This document shows positions 9,697-19,071 of a DNA stretch of 48,509 nucleotides, piece by piece. Position 1 is the first letter of the stretch. Each line of letters starts with the position of its first letter. The stretch comes from Candidatus Heimdallarchaeota archaeon. Lineage in GTDB: Archaea > Asgardarchaeota > Heimdallarchaeia > JABLTI01. Under the pieces are notes generated by a model that was not told where the DNA came from, ran no database searches, and saw nothing but the letters and a program-made list of their open reading frames with translations. Position numbers and translations under genes: made by a program. Location of the stretch: the NCBI GenBank assembly GCA_019058275.1, contig JAHLVW010000043.1, positions 1 through 48,509 on the forward strand, given 5' to 3'.

Positions 9697-9877
9697 ATCT
9701 AATACCCAAGTTCACTTAACTAAACTAGATATTATTTTTTATGTTGAAAACTGCAGTAATGATGCAAATCAACTGGAGTAATGTAATTTATTTGAAATTG
9801 TTTTTTAGAAATAACATCCTAAATATTCAAAAAGAAGATAAAGTAGTACTGAAATATTTTAGAGAGAAGGTATATGT

Positions 9878-11005
9878 ATGACTTTTGAAAAGACTGAAAG
9901 TACAACGACTCGAGCTATTTTCGACAAGAATATTCAAATTGAAAATTTCTTTACCAAAGAGTACATTCGTTTTTTATTAAAGATACATAAGGATAAAATT
10001 GCTGCTTCAAAAATTGATGGAGAAATAGATAATTTAAGAATCTTTAGCAAAACAATTGCAGAAAATTCTTGGATGAAAACACTTCAAGAAATTAACAATA
10101 AAGAATTATCTTGTCCTATACATCTTCAGATTGCTTTTGTTGAATCAATCGAAAAGATACTTAGGAGTAAAATTACAGTGCCTGATAGAGCGATTTATTT
10201 TCGTACTATCATTTTAGAGTTTGAAAGAATACAAAACCACTTATTCTTTATTGCGACATTAGCTAAGGGAGTATCAAATGCTATTTTACATTCAAAAGCT
10301 ATGAAAATGCGTAACAAAATTACTGGTCTATTGGATGATTTAGTGTTTAAAAATAATCAACATTCATTAATTACTGTTGGCGGAATTTGGAATGATATTG
10401 ATCAAAAGTCAATTTCCTTCATTGTAAATGAACTGAAAAAATTAACCAAAGTTACTGATAAACTTAGAAAGCAATTAAGGAATAATATTTTCTTCAAAGG
10501 TATGTTGAAAGATGCTGGTTTTCTCTCTAGAGATACAGCAAAGAAGCTTGCATTAGTTGGACCTATGGCACGTAGCTCAGGTATAACTGATGACATTCGT
10601 AAAAATGATCCATATGCGGGTTATGGTTTAGTCTCATTTTCAGTACCAGTTTATGATTCATGTGATTTGTATGGTGAGCTTATGGTTCGCTGTGATGAAA
10701 TTTTAGAATCTTTAAGTATTATCAAGCAATTAGTTTTCACTTTACCTGAAGGAGAAATAAGACAAGATGTTAAGAACCTTAATGTTCCTTCGGGAAGTGC
10801 TATAATGAGAGTTGAAACTCCAGAAGGTGAATTATTCAGTTTTGCATTAAGTAAAAAAGGTAACCTTGATGATAAACCAAGAATGTATGATATTATCTCA
10901 CCAATGAAAGTGAATAAACAGGGTTTACTTGCAAGACTTACTGGAGAAAATTATGAAAATATACAAGTAATTATCTTATCCATAGGAAGTGGTTGGGGTT
11001 ACTGA
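9878..11005 (+). CDS. Group 4 NiFe-hydrogenase large subunit / NuoD-like protein lacking Ni-binding cysteine pairs
   Basis: VPDRAIYFRTIILEFERIQNHL, VGPMARSSGITDDIRKNDPY, RVETPEGE; both CxxC motifs absent. Confidence 0.85.
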   Translation: MTFEKTESTTTRAIFDKNIQIENFFTKEYIRFLLKIHKDKIAASKIDGEIDNLRIFSKTIAENSWMKTLQEINNKELSCPIHLQIAFVESIEKILRSKITVPDRAIYFRTIILEFERIQNHLFFIATLAKGVSNAILHSKAMKMRNKITGLLDDLVFKNNQHSLITVGGIWNDIDQKSISFIVNELKKLTKVTDKLRKQLRNNIFFKGMLKDAGFLSRDTAKKLALVGPMARSSGITDDIRKNDPYAGYGLVSFSVPVYDSCDLYGELMVRCDEILESLSIIKQLVFTLPEGEIRQDVKNLNVPSGSAIMRVETPEGELFSFALSKKGNLDDKPRMYDIISPMKVNKQGLLARLTGENYENIQVIILSIGSGWGY

Positions 11006-11086
11006 TATAAGGAGATTACTGTCAAAAGGTTTTTAGCAAATTTAGATAAAACAATAAAATATTTAGTACGAGAAATAAATGGAATA

Positions 11087-12142
11087 ATGGAGAAAAAACA
11101 AATGGCATTTCTTTGGTTTGAATTACTAATTTTTCCGGGATTTGTATTTGTAATTATTCTTACTCTCCTAAGTGAACAAATAAACAGCAGACTCTATAAT
11201 CGATTGTCTTACAATACTGATACTAATCCAATATTCATTCCAATTGTAGAACATTTCAAGTTAGTTTTCAAAGGAGAAAAAGAAAAAGTATCTCTAAAAT
11301 CAATAGTTCAGATTATCATGTTAATTCTGATGGTAGCTTTACCTTTACTTGGCTCTTTAGTGCTTCCTATAAATCTGTACGAAACATTACCAAGTATTGC
11401 TGGGAGATATGGTGATTTTAGAGGAACAGAAACGGGTATTGTTGGGGTTTTAACTTTCGAAGGAGATATTCTTTTACTTCTAGGATTGATTCTTTTATTT
11501 GGTGTCTTGACTTTCCTTATTCAGTATTTGGAAAGAAATAACACAACTCAAGATTCAGTGAAGAGTGTTACTAAATTTATGCTCTTAGATATTCCATTAA
11601 TTGCTGCATTAGCAGGTCCAATTTTAACGAAAAAATCTCTTTGTTTAGCTCTAATAGCAGAAGATATTCGCAGAATTGTTCAATTTAATCCTGTATTTGG
11701 TTTTGTACTACTTTTACCTCTTGCAACAAGTATCTCTATTTTTTCATTTGCATTAAAATTTAATCAACCTTATTTTGATAAAGTAAAAAGTCAAAAAGAT
11801 CCTATTCTAAATCCACCAACAAAAATGAATGGTAAATATCAGTTATGGAATTTATCCATGAGATTAATGGAATTTCTAATTGGAGGAATTATAATTTCAA
11901 TATGTTTAGGTGGTGCATATCTGCCAATTCCTTTTATGTATGAATATCGTTTACTATCAACAACTGGGAATTTTATTTTTAAGACTATTCTTGTTTTAAT
12001 GATAGGAACAATCATAAGAGCAGCGATTCCCCGACTGAAAACTAATCAAACATTCAATATATCCATTAAAGTATTAACTTCTTTGGGGCTTTTCTCAGTT
12101 CTCTTAATCGGTGGATATATTGGACTTCTTGGTTTAAACTAG
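11087..12142 (+). CDS. NuoH/HycD/MbhM-like membrane subunit (divergent)
   Basis: LIFPGFVF N-terminus, about 8 TM helices, FKT...IRAAIPRLK near the C-terminus; follows the NuoD-like gene. Confidence 0.8.
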   Translation: MEKKQMAFLWFELLIFPGFVFVIILTLLSEQINSRLYNRLSYNTDTNPIFIPIVEHFKLVFKGEKEKVSLKSIVQIIMLILMVALPLLGSLVLPINLYETLPSIAGRYGDFRGTETGIVGVLTFEGDILLLLGLILLFGVLTFLIQYLERNNTTQDSVKSVTKFMLLDIPLIAALAGPILTKKSLCLALIAEDIRRIVQFNPVFGFVLLLPLATSISIFSFALKFNQPYFDKVKSQKDPILNPPTKMNGKYQLWNLSMRLMEFLIGGIIISICLGGAYLPIPFMYEYRLLSTTGNFIFKTILVLMIGTIIRAAIPRLKTNQTFNISIKVLTSLGLFSVLLIGGYIGLLGLN

Positions 12143-12197
12143 TTATTCAGAATGATTACGTTAATAAAACTGTATGTCATATTCTTTCTTGTAATAG

Positions 12198-12827
12198 GTG
12201 AAGTTTGTTATGGTAAGCGACACATTTCAATTAGTAATGTTCATCATTTCACCAATTGTACTTATACTTGATGCTATAGTAATAACAGCAGGACTATTTA
12301 GAAAATTCGCTCGAATTGAAAAGCAAGATGAAAGTGAACGAACAAGGCTTTTCTCTATGGTAGATATTATGGAAAAAATAGGAATAGCCATGGGAATTTT
12401 AACCTTATTACTTGCTGGATTCTTAGCAGTAAATAGACCTGACGCAGGTGATTGGTTAATCTGGTTTAATCCATTCACAATAATATTTTTGGTTGTCATT
12501 GGGTGTTTACTTACACTACGAACCCTTGAAGATACACCAGTTGCAGCATTAATTGCACTTCTTGCAGGATTACTCGGAGCAGCTTTATTTGCAGCGATTT
12601 TCGGTGAACCAAATACTGGGAAATGGATCTATTTTGCTATATTTTTAACAATTGATATCATAGTATTTGTACTGGTACGAACACTTACACAGCAAATGGC
12701 AATGATTGGAAAAATATTAAATTGGTTCCCAATTGCTATTATTGTATCATTTGCCTGTATAGCGTGGGGCGTATTCCAAATCGTCTTATTAGTTATTCAT
12801 GGTGTAAACTTGATAATATTACCATAG
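12198..12827 (+). CDS. Hypothetical polytopic membrane protein (about 6 TM)
   Basis: Six hydrophobic segments; co-oriented with the NuoD/NuoH-like pair. Confidence 0.75.
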   Translation: MKFVMVSDTFQLVMFIISPIVLILDAIVITAGLFRKFARIEKQDESERTRLFSMVDIMEKIGIAMGILTLLLAGFLAVNRPDAGDWLIWFNPFTIIFLVVIGCLLTLRTLEDTPVAALIALLAGLLGAALFAAIFGEPNTGKWIYFAIFLTIDIIVFVLVRTLTQQMAMIGKILNWFPIAIIVSFACIAWGVFQIVLLVIHGVNLIILP

Positions 12828-12834
12828 ATTAATT

Positions 12835-12870
12835 GATCGAGTTCCTCGATCTCATTTTTTTCTTTTTTCA
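12835..12870 (+). terminator. Hairpin plus T-tract terminator candidate
   Basis: GATCGAG-ttc-CTCGATC followed by T runs, just after the stop at 12827, between convergent genes. Confidence 0.55.
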
Positions 12871-12922
12871 ATTAAGGAAACAAAGTTATAAAAAATAGGT
12901 TAAAAAAAATAAAAAAAGAAGA

Positions 12923-14410
12923 TTAATAGTCTTCTTCTGATTTATCGTCTTCTTCGAATTCTTCTTCTAATGCATCCATTTCAGCAATTTCGTCTGCTAT
13001 GGCTTCACCAGCTCCACCGTATTCTTCTTCAATTGCTAGTTCAACTTCATCAACCTCATCAACTTCTTCAACATCTTCAAACAAGTCTTCAGATACTTCT
13101 TCAATTAATTCAGCTGGTTCAGTTTTCAATGAAATCATGAATCTTCTTGCAAGTAAATCATAGAATTTAGTTAGTTCGCCTAGATCTGTGGCTTCATACA
13201 TTTCTCCACGACCTATATCTGCTAATCGTTTCAATAAACGGGAATCAGCTTCTCCTAATGAGATTGTGTATAGAACTGTATTTGGGTAATCTCTAGCACA
13301 TTTTCTTGCGATTGGTACAGGATTTATTCCTAGACCATTGCCTTTGTTTGGTTGACCGTCAGTTAAAAGAACAATCATACATGGATTCATTTTACCGGTA
13401 ATTGAATTTGGTTCAAACCTTGATGTCATTTCATATGCTTGTTGTAAAGCTCCACTCATGAAGGTTAAACCACCACCCTTTGAACATCTCTTTGAGACAT
13501 AATCAGCGATGATTTCTAAACCTGCGGATTTTGCTTCGCCAGTACAAGCAATTACTGGTGTTGCTCCACTTCCTCCATATTCAACTTCGAACACATCTAC
13601 ATCACCAGCGAAACTGATTATAGATAGTTGTTCACCCCATCCACGGCTGACTTTTTGGGATAAGAATAATAAAGTGGCTAATGCTGCTCCCTTGATTCTT
13701 GAAACTTTCTTTTGATCAAATTCATCGAGAAGAGTCTCTAAATCTCGTCCTCCTTTCAAACCTCTTCGTAAACCTTCGACTGCTGTTCCTGTTCCTCTAA
13801 CAACCATATCTTCTTTACCCATTGAACCTGAAACGTCAAGTACCAATACAGCGTTAAATGACATTTCACTAGCTGGTACCAACTGTACTTCGATTTCTTT
13901 TCCAGATGGGTCTATAATTCCAACTTCATCTCCTTCCAGTTCAGGATCTGATTCTAAAAAGCTGATTTTAACATGACCACAACCAGCATCTGGCCAATCT
14001 ACTTGTAGGTTTCTGTAAATTGGTCTATTTCTTAAAACAGAAGTCATTTCATCAAAGTTTTCTAAAATGTATGAAATGCATTCTTCAACTGGTTGACCTT
14101 CTAATGGTTCAATACCAAATTTCACTCTGGTTATAGGCTCCTTCTTTAAGTGAGCTTTTCTAACCTTAACTCGATCTCCGTCGCTAATGTTTGCAGAATC
14201 TAGAATTCCATTGTCTACTGCAACTGTGTCAACTTCCACTTCGTCGTTTTCAAGTAACTGTACTGCACAACTGTCTTCAAATTCGTTTATAAGTTGTATA
14301 ATATCGAAATCATCTACACCGATTCGATCCATATCTCTCTTATTCATATAAGCTCTGCCGTCTATTTCACCGACATTTATGACTGAAATATCAATTATTT
14401 TTTCTACCAT
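12923..14410 (-). CDS. Cdc48/p97 N-domain + von Willebrand A domain protein with acidic tail
   Basis: GRAYMNKRDMDRIGV..FDIIQL and VAVDNGILDSANISDGDRVKVRKA (double-psi barrel), RNRPIY (second N subdomain), LVLDVSGSM MIDAS, LLTDGQPN; no Walker motifs. Confidence 0.82.
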   Translation of the reverse strand: MVEKIIDISVINVGEIDGRAYMNKRDMDRIGVDDFDIIQLINEFEDSCAVQLLENDEVEVDTVAVDNGILDSANISDGDRVKVRKAHLKKEPITRVKFGIEPLEGQPVEECISYILENFDEMTSVLRNRPIYRNLQVDWPDAGCGHVKISFLESDPELEGDEVGIIDPSGKEIEVQLVPASEMSFNAVLVLDVSGSMGKEDMVVRGTGTAVEGLRRGLKGGRDLETLLDEFDQKKVSRIKGAALATLLFLSQKVSRGWGEQLSIISFAGDVDVFEVEYGGSGATPVIACTGEAKSAGLEIIADYVSKRCSKGGGLTFMSGALQQAYEMTSRFEPNSITGKMNPCMIVLLTDGQPNKGNGLGINPVPIARKCARDYPNTVLYTISLGEADSRLLKRLADIGRGEMYEATDLGELTKFYDLLARRFMISLKTEPAELIEEVSEDLFEDVEEVDEVDEVELAIEEEYGGAGEAIADEIAEMDALEEEFEEDDKSEEDY

Positions 14411-14434
14411 ACTTCATCATCACTGTTCTTCTTC

Positions 14435-14462
14435 ATGTATGTATATATATAATTACATACAT
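14435..14462. promoter_or_regulatory. Inverted repeat enclosing a TATA-like run upstream of the Cdc48N-vWA gene
   Basis: ATGTATGTA-tatatataat-TACATACAT, 25-52 bp upstream of the start codon. Confidence 0.45.
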
Positions 14463-14613
14463 TTACATAGTTTCATTAGCTTTTAAAATGTTTGTATTTG
14501 GAAATAACTCAGACAAAAAACTCTAGGTTGTTAAGAGAACTTGGAATTTTATGATAAAAATTCCATTTAAATAGAAAAAATAGGTGAAAAATGGTAATAG
14601 AATTCCCAAAAAA

Positions 14614-15102
14614 CTAGTCATATATAAATTCGTAATCTAGCGGATCAAATCTATTTCCGTTGACATCTTCATAAAAGATTCTTAATTTGTAGGTATCATC
14701 ATTGATGAATAGCAAATGATTAGTTCCTTCTTCAATTTGATCTGCAGGAGTCACTCCAACATTTGCATATAAGTATTCAAGTGTTATGTATTTCTCAACA
14801 TTCTTTGTTAATAGGTAGTTAACTACACGGTATCCAATTTGCTCATTTCCCCTAACTATTTCAATTCTTTTTAGGTAACCATCATCATAATCACAAATGA
14901 CTTTAAATGATAATGCTTTATTGTCAGTAGAATTAGCTTGAATACTTCCTTCCCTTACAGAAACATAAACTTCTTTCTTGTAGAGAGGTACTGTTGCAAC
15001 CATAATAACGAAGAATACTGCAACTACAGATGCTGCTACAATTACTCCAATCATCAGAGGAGTCATTGCTTTTCTATTTTTAATGATTCTTGAGAGCTTC
15101 AT
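14614..15102 (-). CDS. Type IV pilin-like protein with class III signal peptide
   Basis: Basic leader ending KNRKA, then hydrophobic MTPLMIGVIVAASVVAVFFVIM, then a beta-rich domain. Confidence 0.7.
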   Translation of the reverse strand: MKLSRIIKNRKAMTPLMIGVIVAASVVAVFFVIMVATVPLYKKEVYVSVREGSIQANSTDNKALSFKVICDYDDGYLKRIEIVRGNEQIGYRVVNYLLTKNVEKYITLEYLYANVGVTPADQIEEGTNHLLFINDDTYKLRIFYEDVNGNRFDPLDYEFIYD

Positions 15103-15510
15103 TGAACCAACACTATCCGTTTTTGGTGATATTCAGATATTGATTTTCCAACCATCTAGTTATTAATATTCCTTAAAAGTTTTTTTGGTAATTAATAATT
15201 TTTCCTTGGAAACGCTAAATATACACTATTGTGAAGACTATTTGATTTAAAAAACTTCGTTTATGTTAAATTACTAGAAAAAATTGACCTAAAATATGAC
15301 TATACCTAAATATTATTATCAGAGTGAAGAGAAAATTATTTTCAAGAAGAAATACTAAATTGATAAAAATTTAGTGGAATTACAAAATTTGTCGAAGACT
15401 AGTACGTATCGAAAACTTAAATAGGCAATTTTTGTAGGGAATATGTTAAGTTCACTTTGAATAATTAACAAAATTTGAATAATACAAAATCTATCGGAGA
15501 TAACCATCAG

Positions 15511-16497
15511 TTGGCAACATTTTTCAAAGTAGTAGTCCTTGGTGACGGTGGCATTGGAAAAACATCTATATGTAATTATCTAACCACCGGTGAATTCTTT
15601 GGAAGCTACAAACTATCTATAGGTGCAGATTTCTTTAGCAAAAAATTAGTAGTCGACGGTGAAAGCGTTGCCTTACAAATTTGCGACATCGGTGGACAAG
15701 ATCAATTTGCTGAAATTAGCAACATTTTTACCAAAGGAGCTCATGGAGCAATTTTATGCTATGATACAACTAGAAGAGATACTTTAGATTCTCTTGATAG
15801 ATGGATTGGTAAATTAGAAGATGCAGGTATCCCTAAAGTTTTAGTAAGTACTAAAAATGATGTTGAAGATCTCCGAGAGGTCTTGGATTCTGAAGGTATT
15901 GATACTGCAAAAAGATTAAAAATACCTTATTATATTCAAACAACAAGTTTGAAAGGAATTGGTATCAATGAAACTTTTGAAGCAATTAGTCGTCTAATGT
16001 TGTTCACCAAGAAAGGAATGGACTTACCTCAAACTGAAATGGTGGATGTTACTCACCCAACAGAACCAGTTGTACCTACAATTTCTGGATCACAGCATAT
16101 TTCTGCTCAACCTTTAGGAATTGGCAGAGTACCCACAGCCTTTGATAAGGAAGAAGTTGAAGCACCTGTTGCACCCATAGCACCTGAAACACCAGCCATT
16201 CAACCAGAATATGCTCCACCCGTTGTTGAAGCTAGTGAAGCTGAACCTTCATTCAAAGAACCTATCTCATTAGCTCCACCAATTACTCCTCAAGAAGAAT
16301 CAGTAGTTCCTACTCCCGAGGAAGTTAGCGGTATAGAACCACCAACTGAACCAGAAAAAACAGCCACACAACCAATTAGCACTATAACACCACCTATCTC
16401 TGAGAAAAAAGTAAAACCTGAGAAAGAAGATTCTAGTTTTTCATTTCTTGATAAATTAAGAAAAGAAAGAAAGAAAATCAGAGAAAAGAATGAGTGA
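15511..16497 (+). CDS. Rab-like small GTPase with long Pro/Glu-rich C-terminal extension
   Basis: G1 GDGGIGKT, switch I YKLSIGADF, G3 DIGGQ, G4 TKND; TTG 15511 follows GGAGA (ORF track starts at 15475). Confidence 0.93.
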   Translation: MATFFKVVVLGDGGIGKTSICNYLTTGEFFGSYKLSIGADFFSKKLVVDGESVALQICDIGGQDQFAEISNIFTKGAHGAILCYDTTRRDTLDSLDRWIGKLEDAGIPKVLVSTKNDVEDLREVLDSEGIDTAKRLKIPYYIQTTSLKGIGINETFEAISRLMLFTKKGMDLPQTEMVDVTHPTEPVVPTISGSQHISAQPLGIGRVPTAFDKEEVEAPVAPIAPETPAIQPEYAPPVVEASEAEPSFKEPISLAPPITPQEESVVPTPEEVSGIEPPTEPEKTATQPISTITPPISEKKVKPEKEDSSFSFLDKLRKERKKIREKNE

Positions 16498-16535
16498 TTC
16501 TTAGGATTTAAAAAGACATATTCATTTTAACTCTA

Positions 16536-16880
16536 TTAAACATCATTCCAAATTTTTGAATCGTTAGCTAATAGACTAAGCTCGTTTTCTATTCTTTTAT
16601 ATTGACGTACTAGTTTACTTCCATATTCAGTCAGTTTTGTTTTTCCTCCGCCCCCTTTACCTCCACGCTCACTAACTATAACTGGTTGTTCTAACTGCTC
16701 ATTTATTTCATTTATAAGCTTCCAACCTTTCCTAAATGATATCTGGCATTCCTTTGTTGCTTCAGTTAAGGAACCAGTACTCTCTATTGCCTCCAATATT
16801 GCAATTCGTCCCGGACCAAGTATTGAAACTCCCTTTTTTTCTATCCAGAATTTAATGCGAATTGAAAAATCTCTAGCCAT
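16536..16880 (-). CDS. ModE-type winged-helix regulator (N-terminal DNA-binding domain only)
   Basis: ILGPGRIAILEAIESTGSL...ISFRKGWKLI...RGGKGGGGKTKLT; probable start ATG 16880. Confidence 0.9.
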   Translation of the reverse strand: MARDFSIRIKFWIEKKGVSILGPGRIAILEAIESTGSLTEATKECQISFRKGWKLINEINEQLEQPVIVSERGGKGGGGKTKLTEYGSKLVRQYKRIENELSLLANDSKIWNDV

Positions 16881-17071
16881 ACTACTCAACTCATTAGAGT
16901 TATATTGAACACAATACAATAATATGAATTTGTTGTTATCAAATTTATAGATAAATGAATAAGCTTCATCAAAGCAAAACTTAAAAATGGCAAAGAGTAG
17001 AGATTTGATATATTCATCAAAAAAATTAAAAACGATTAACATACCTTTACTACTGTTGGAGGAAAAAACAT

Positions 17072-17656
17072 TTGGGTTACGAAATGACAAGACCAGCTCA
17101 GAAATGGATTGGCATAGGTGTAATTTTTGCTACATTCTTACTTATGCTATTTACAATGGCGGTACCATATGTAAATCACTTTGGAGACGAAACTAATAAA
17201 TATACTTACTTTACTAGATGGAATGGTAAATGGAAAGAAGGACAACAAACTGTTTTCAATGACGCTAACGAGTTATTTAACTTTCCAAAAGCAGCTCCAT
17301 GGTTAATGGGTCTAGGTCTCTTATCTGCCTTTGCAGGAGCTATCTATTTATTCTGGTTAACTTATATCAATAAACCTTGTTACTTTTTACGAGAAAGACC
17401 AGGTCCTATTGGTGGTGGAGTAGTAATTCTAGGAATGATCTTCTATCTCATTGGTAGTCTAATCTATGAGCGTTGGGCAACTGGTTCACCAAGACCTGAA
17501 TATGGTTGGCCAGCAGACAATGACTTTTTAGTAAGTACCGTGAAATTATCACCAACATTTTGGTTTGGTTTAGTTATTGCTTTTATAGCTTTAGCATTGT
17601 CAACAATGAGTATTGTTTATTACCTTGATACTGTTTCAAAACGTCCAGTTAAATAA
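17072..17656 (+). CDS. Hypothetical four-TM membrane protein
   Basis: Four hydrophobic helices; GGAGG upstream of the TTG start. Confidence 0.75.
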   Translation: MGYEMTRPAQKWIGIGVIFATFLLMLFTMAVPYVNHFGDETNKYTYFTRWNGKWKEGQQTVFNDANELFNFPKAAPWLMGLGLLSAFAGAIYLFWLTYINKPCYFLRERPGPIGGGVVILGMIFYLIGSLIYERWATGSPRPEYGWPADNDFLVSTVKLSPTFWFGLVIAFIALALSTMSIVYYLDTVSKRPVK

Positions 17657-17663
17657 AAAAAGC

Positions 17664-17700
17664 ATCCTCAATTTTTAGAGGATACTATTTTTACTTTTTA
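17664..17700. terminator. Bidirectional hairpin terminator candidate
   Basis: ATCCTC-N8-GAGGAT with an A-run on the left and T-runs on the right, between convergent genes. Confidence 0.45.
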
Positions 17701-17722
17701 TATTTTGAATTTCAATTGATAA

Positions 17723-18904
17723 TTAGCCTTTATCACGAATTATTGATCCATATATTTTGGGAAATGTTAATCCGCATTTATCACAAGACTCCCATACAAG
17801 ACCCTCAACTATATCACCTGTATTGAATCGGATAAAGGCAGTACCTCTCCAATCTATATGACTGAAGCATAGATAACCTTTCTCACCCTCTTCGACAGGT
17901 TCCAATGTTTTTGTATCCAGAACTTCCCAGTAGAAATACCTTGGATTTAGATGAATTCCTGTTCCTTCATCACATTCATAAAAAGAAACTTTTGTTCTAT
18001 TACTTGAATAACTTTCTATAATTGAGGGAGAGGAACCAAGTTTATCAAACAGACTTTTTATTTCTTTTTTATTTTTTGGAGTTAGAGATTCACCAGTTAG
18101 TAAACAAAGCTTAAAGCTACTTATTTTGTTGATTTCTTTTTTCTTTAATTTGCTATTTGCTACTTTTAACCAAGCTATTGTATAAGATGGTGTTCCTAGG
18201 AAGGCTTCAAATGTAATGTTGTTTGCAATTTTTAGTTGTTGTTCAATTGCTGTTTGTTCCTCACCACAGGTAAAGAATGTACCTCCACCAACAAATAATG
18301 GAGCCCATACACTTTGGAAGAACGTTATCGAAGGTGAAGCTGGCATTACATTAAATACTTCCCAATTTGCTTTAAATCCAGTCATATATAGATGAGCAAT
18401 TATTTCAGGAACATTAATCTGCAGATCCCTTTTAGTATAAGCGATTAACGCTGGATCAGCAGAACCCCTTGTACTATGAAAGTGTATTGGCAACCATTCA
18501 TTAGCTGCCTCCATAATAATTCGTTCTTCTTCTCCAGTTTGTTCTTTTCCAAAAATACTTCGAAGGTATGTTTTATTCAATGATTTTATCCAATACTTAA
18601 ATGATTGAAAGTTTGTTATAGGTTCAGTGTCAAAATCACATTCCCACCAATCTGGTTGATTTGGATTTAATGTGAAAGCTTTAGGATTTTCCATATGTTC
18701 CCTTTTCGTTATTGGTGGAATCTTCTGAAATTCCTCAATTGTTTCAATTTTATGTGGATTTATATTGTGCTTTTCAAACCACTCTCTGTAAAATGGGCTA
18801 TATCTTGCGATAACTCTTGAGAGATATGCTGTAAGACGATTTTCAGATTTTCTCTTTTGTTTTGCTATACTCCAAAGATAATTATAAGATGTCAATACAT
18901 TCAC
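17723..18904 (-). CDS. Phenylacetate-CoA ligase / coenzyme F390 synthetase-like adenylate-forming protein (divergent, short C-terminus)
   Basis: SPFYR, FQKIPPITK, GTPSY, TGE, GIHLN...EVLD, IRFNTGD, CDKCG. Confidence 0.82.
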   Translation of the reverse strand: MNVLTSYNYLWSIAKQKRKSENRLTAYLSRVIARYSPFYREWFEKHNINPHKIETIEEFQKIPPITKREHMENPKAFTLNPNQPDWWECDFDTEPITNFQSFKYWIKSLNKTYLRSIFGKEQTGEEERIIMEAANEWLPIHFHSTRGSADPALIAYTKRDLQINVPEIIAHLYMTGFKANWEVFNVMPASPSITFFQSVWAPLFVGGGTFFTCGEEQTAIEQQLKIANNITFEAFLGTPSYTIAWLKVANSKLKKKEINKISSFKLCLLTGESLTPKNKKEIKSLFDKLGSSPSIIESYSSNRTKVSFYECDEGTGIHLNPRYFYWEVLDTKTLEPVEEGEKGYLCFSHIDWRGTAFIRFNTGDIVEGLVWESCDKCGLTFPKIYGSIIRDKG

Positions 18905-19071
18905 CTTTTATTAGTTTAAAATTCAATGTATTCCATAATTTATTTACAGCAATAAATATTTTCTGAGTAAAGATGTTATTAATTTGAAGTTAAATTATAT
19001 GAGAAAGAGTTAAAAAAAAGAGAAAATGCTTTGTTCATAAGAATAAGTTAATCTTGGAAGGCAAACTAAAC

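Noticed and set aside
10990-11010. Selenocysteine readthrough of the TGA ending the hydrogenase-like gene
   Set aside because: The surrounding sequence lacks the DPxxxC context and the N-terminal cysteine pair is also missing
16881-17090. N-terminal 70 aa of the 184-aa ORF-track version of the ModE-like gene
   Set aside because: It overlaps the divergent promoter region and the start of the opposite gene; family similarity begins at MARDF (16880)
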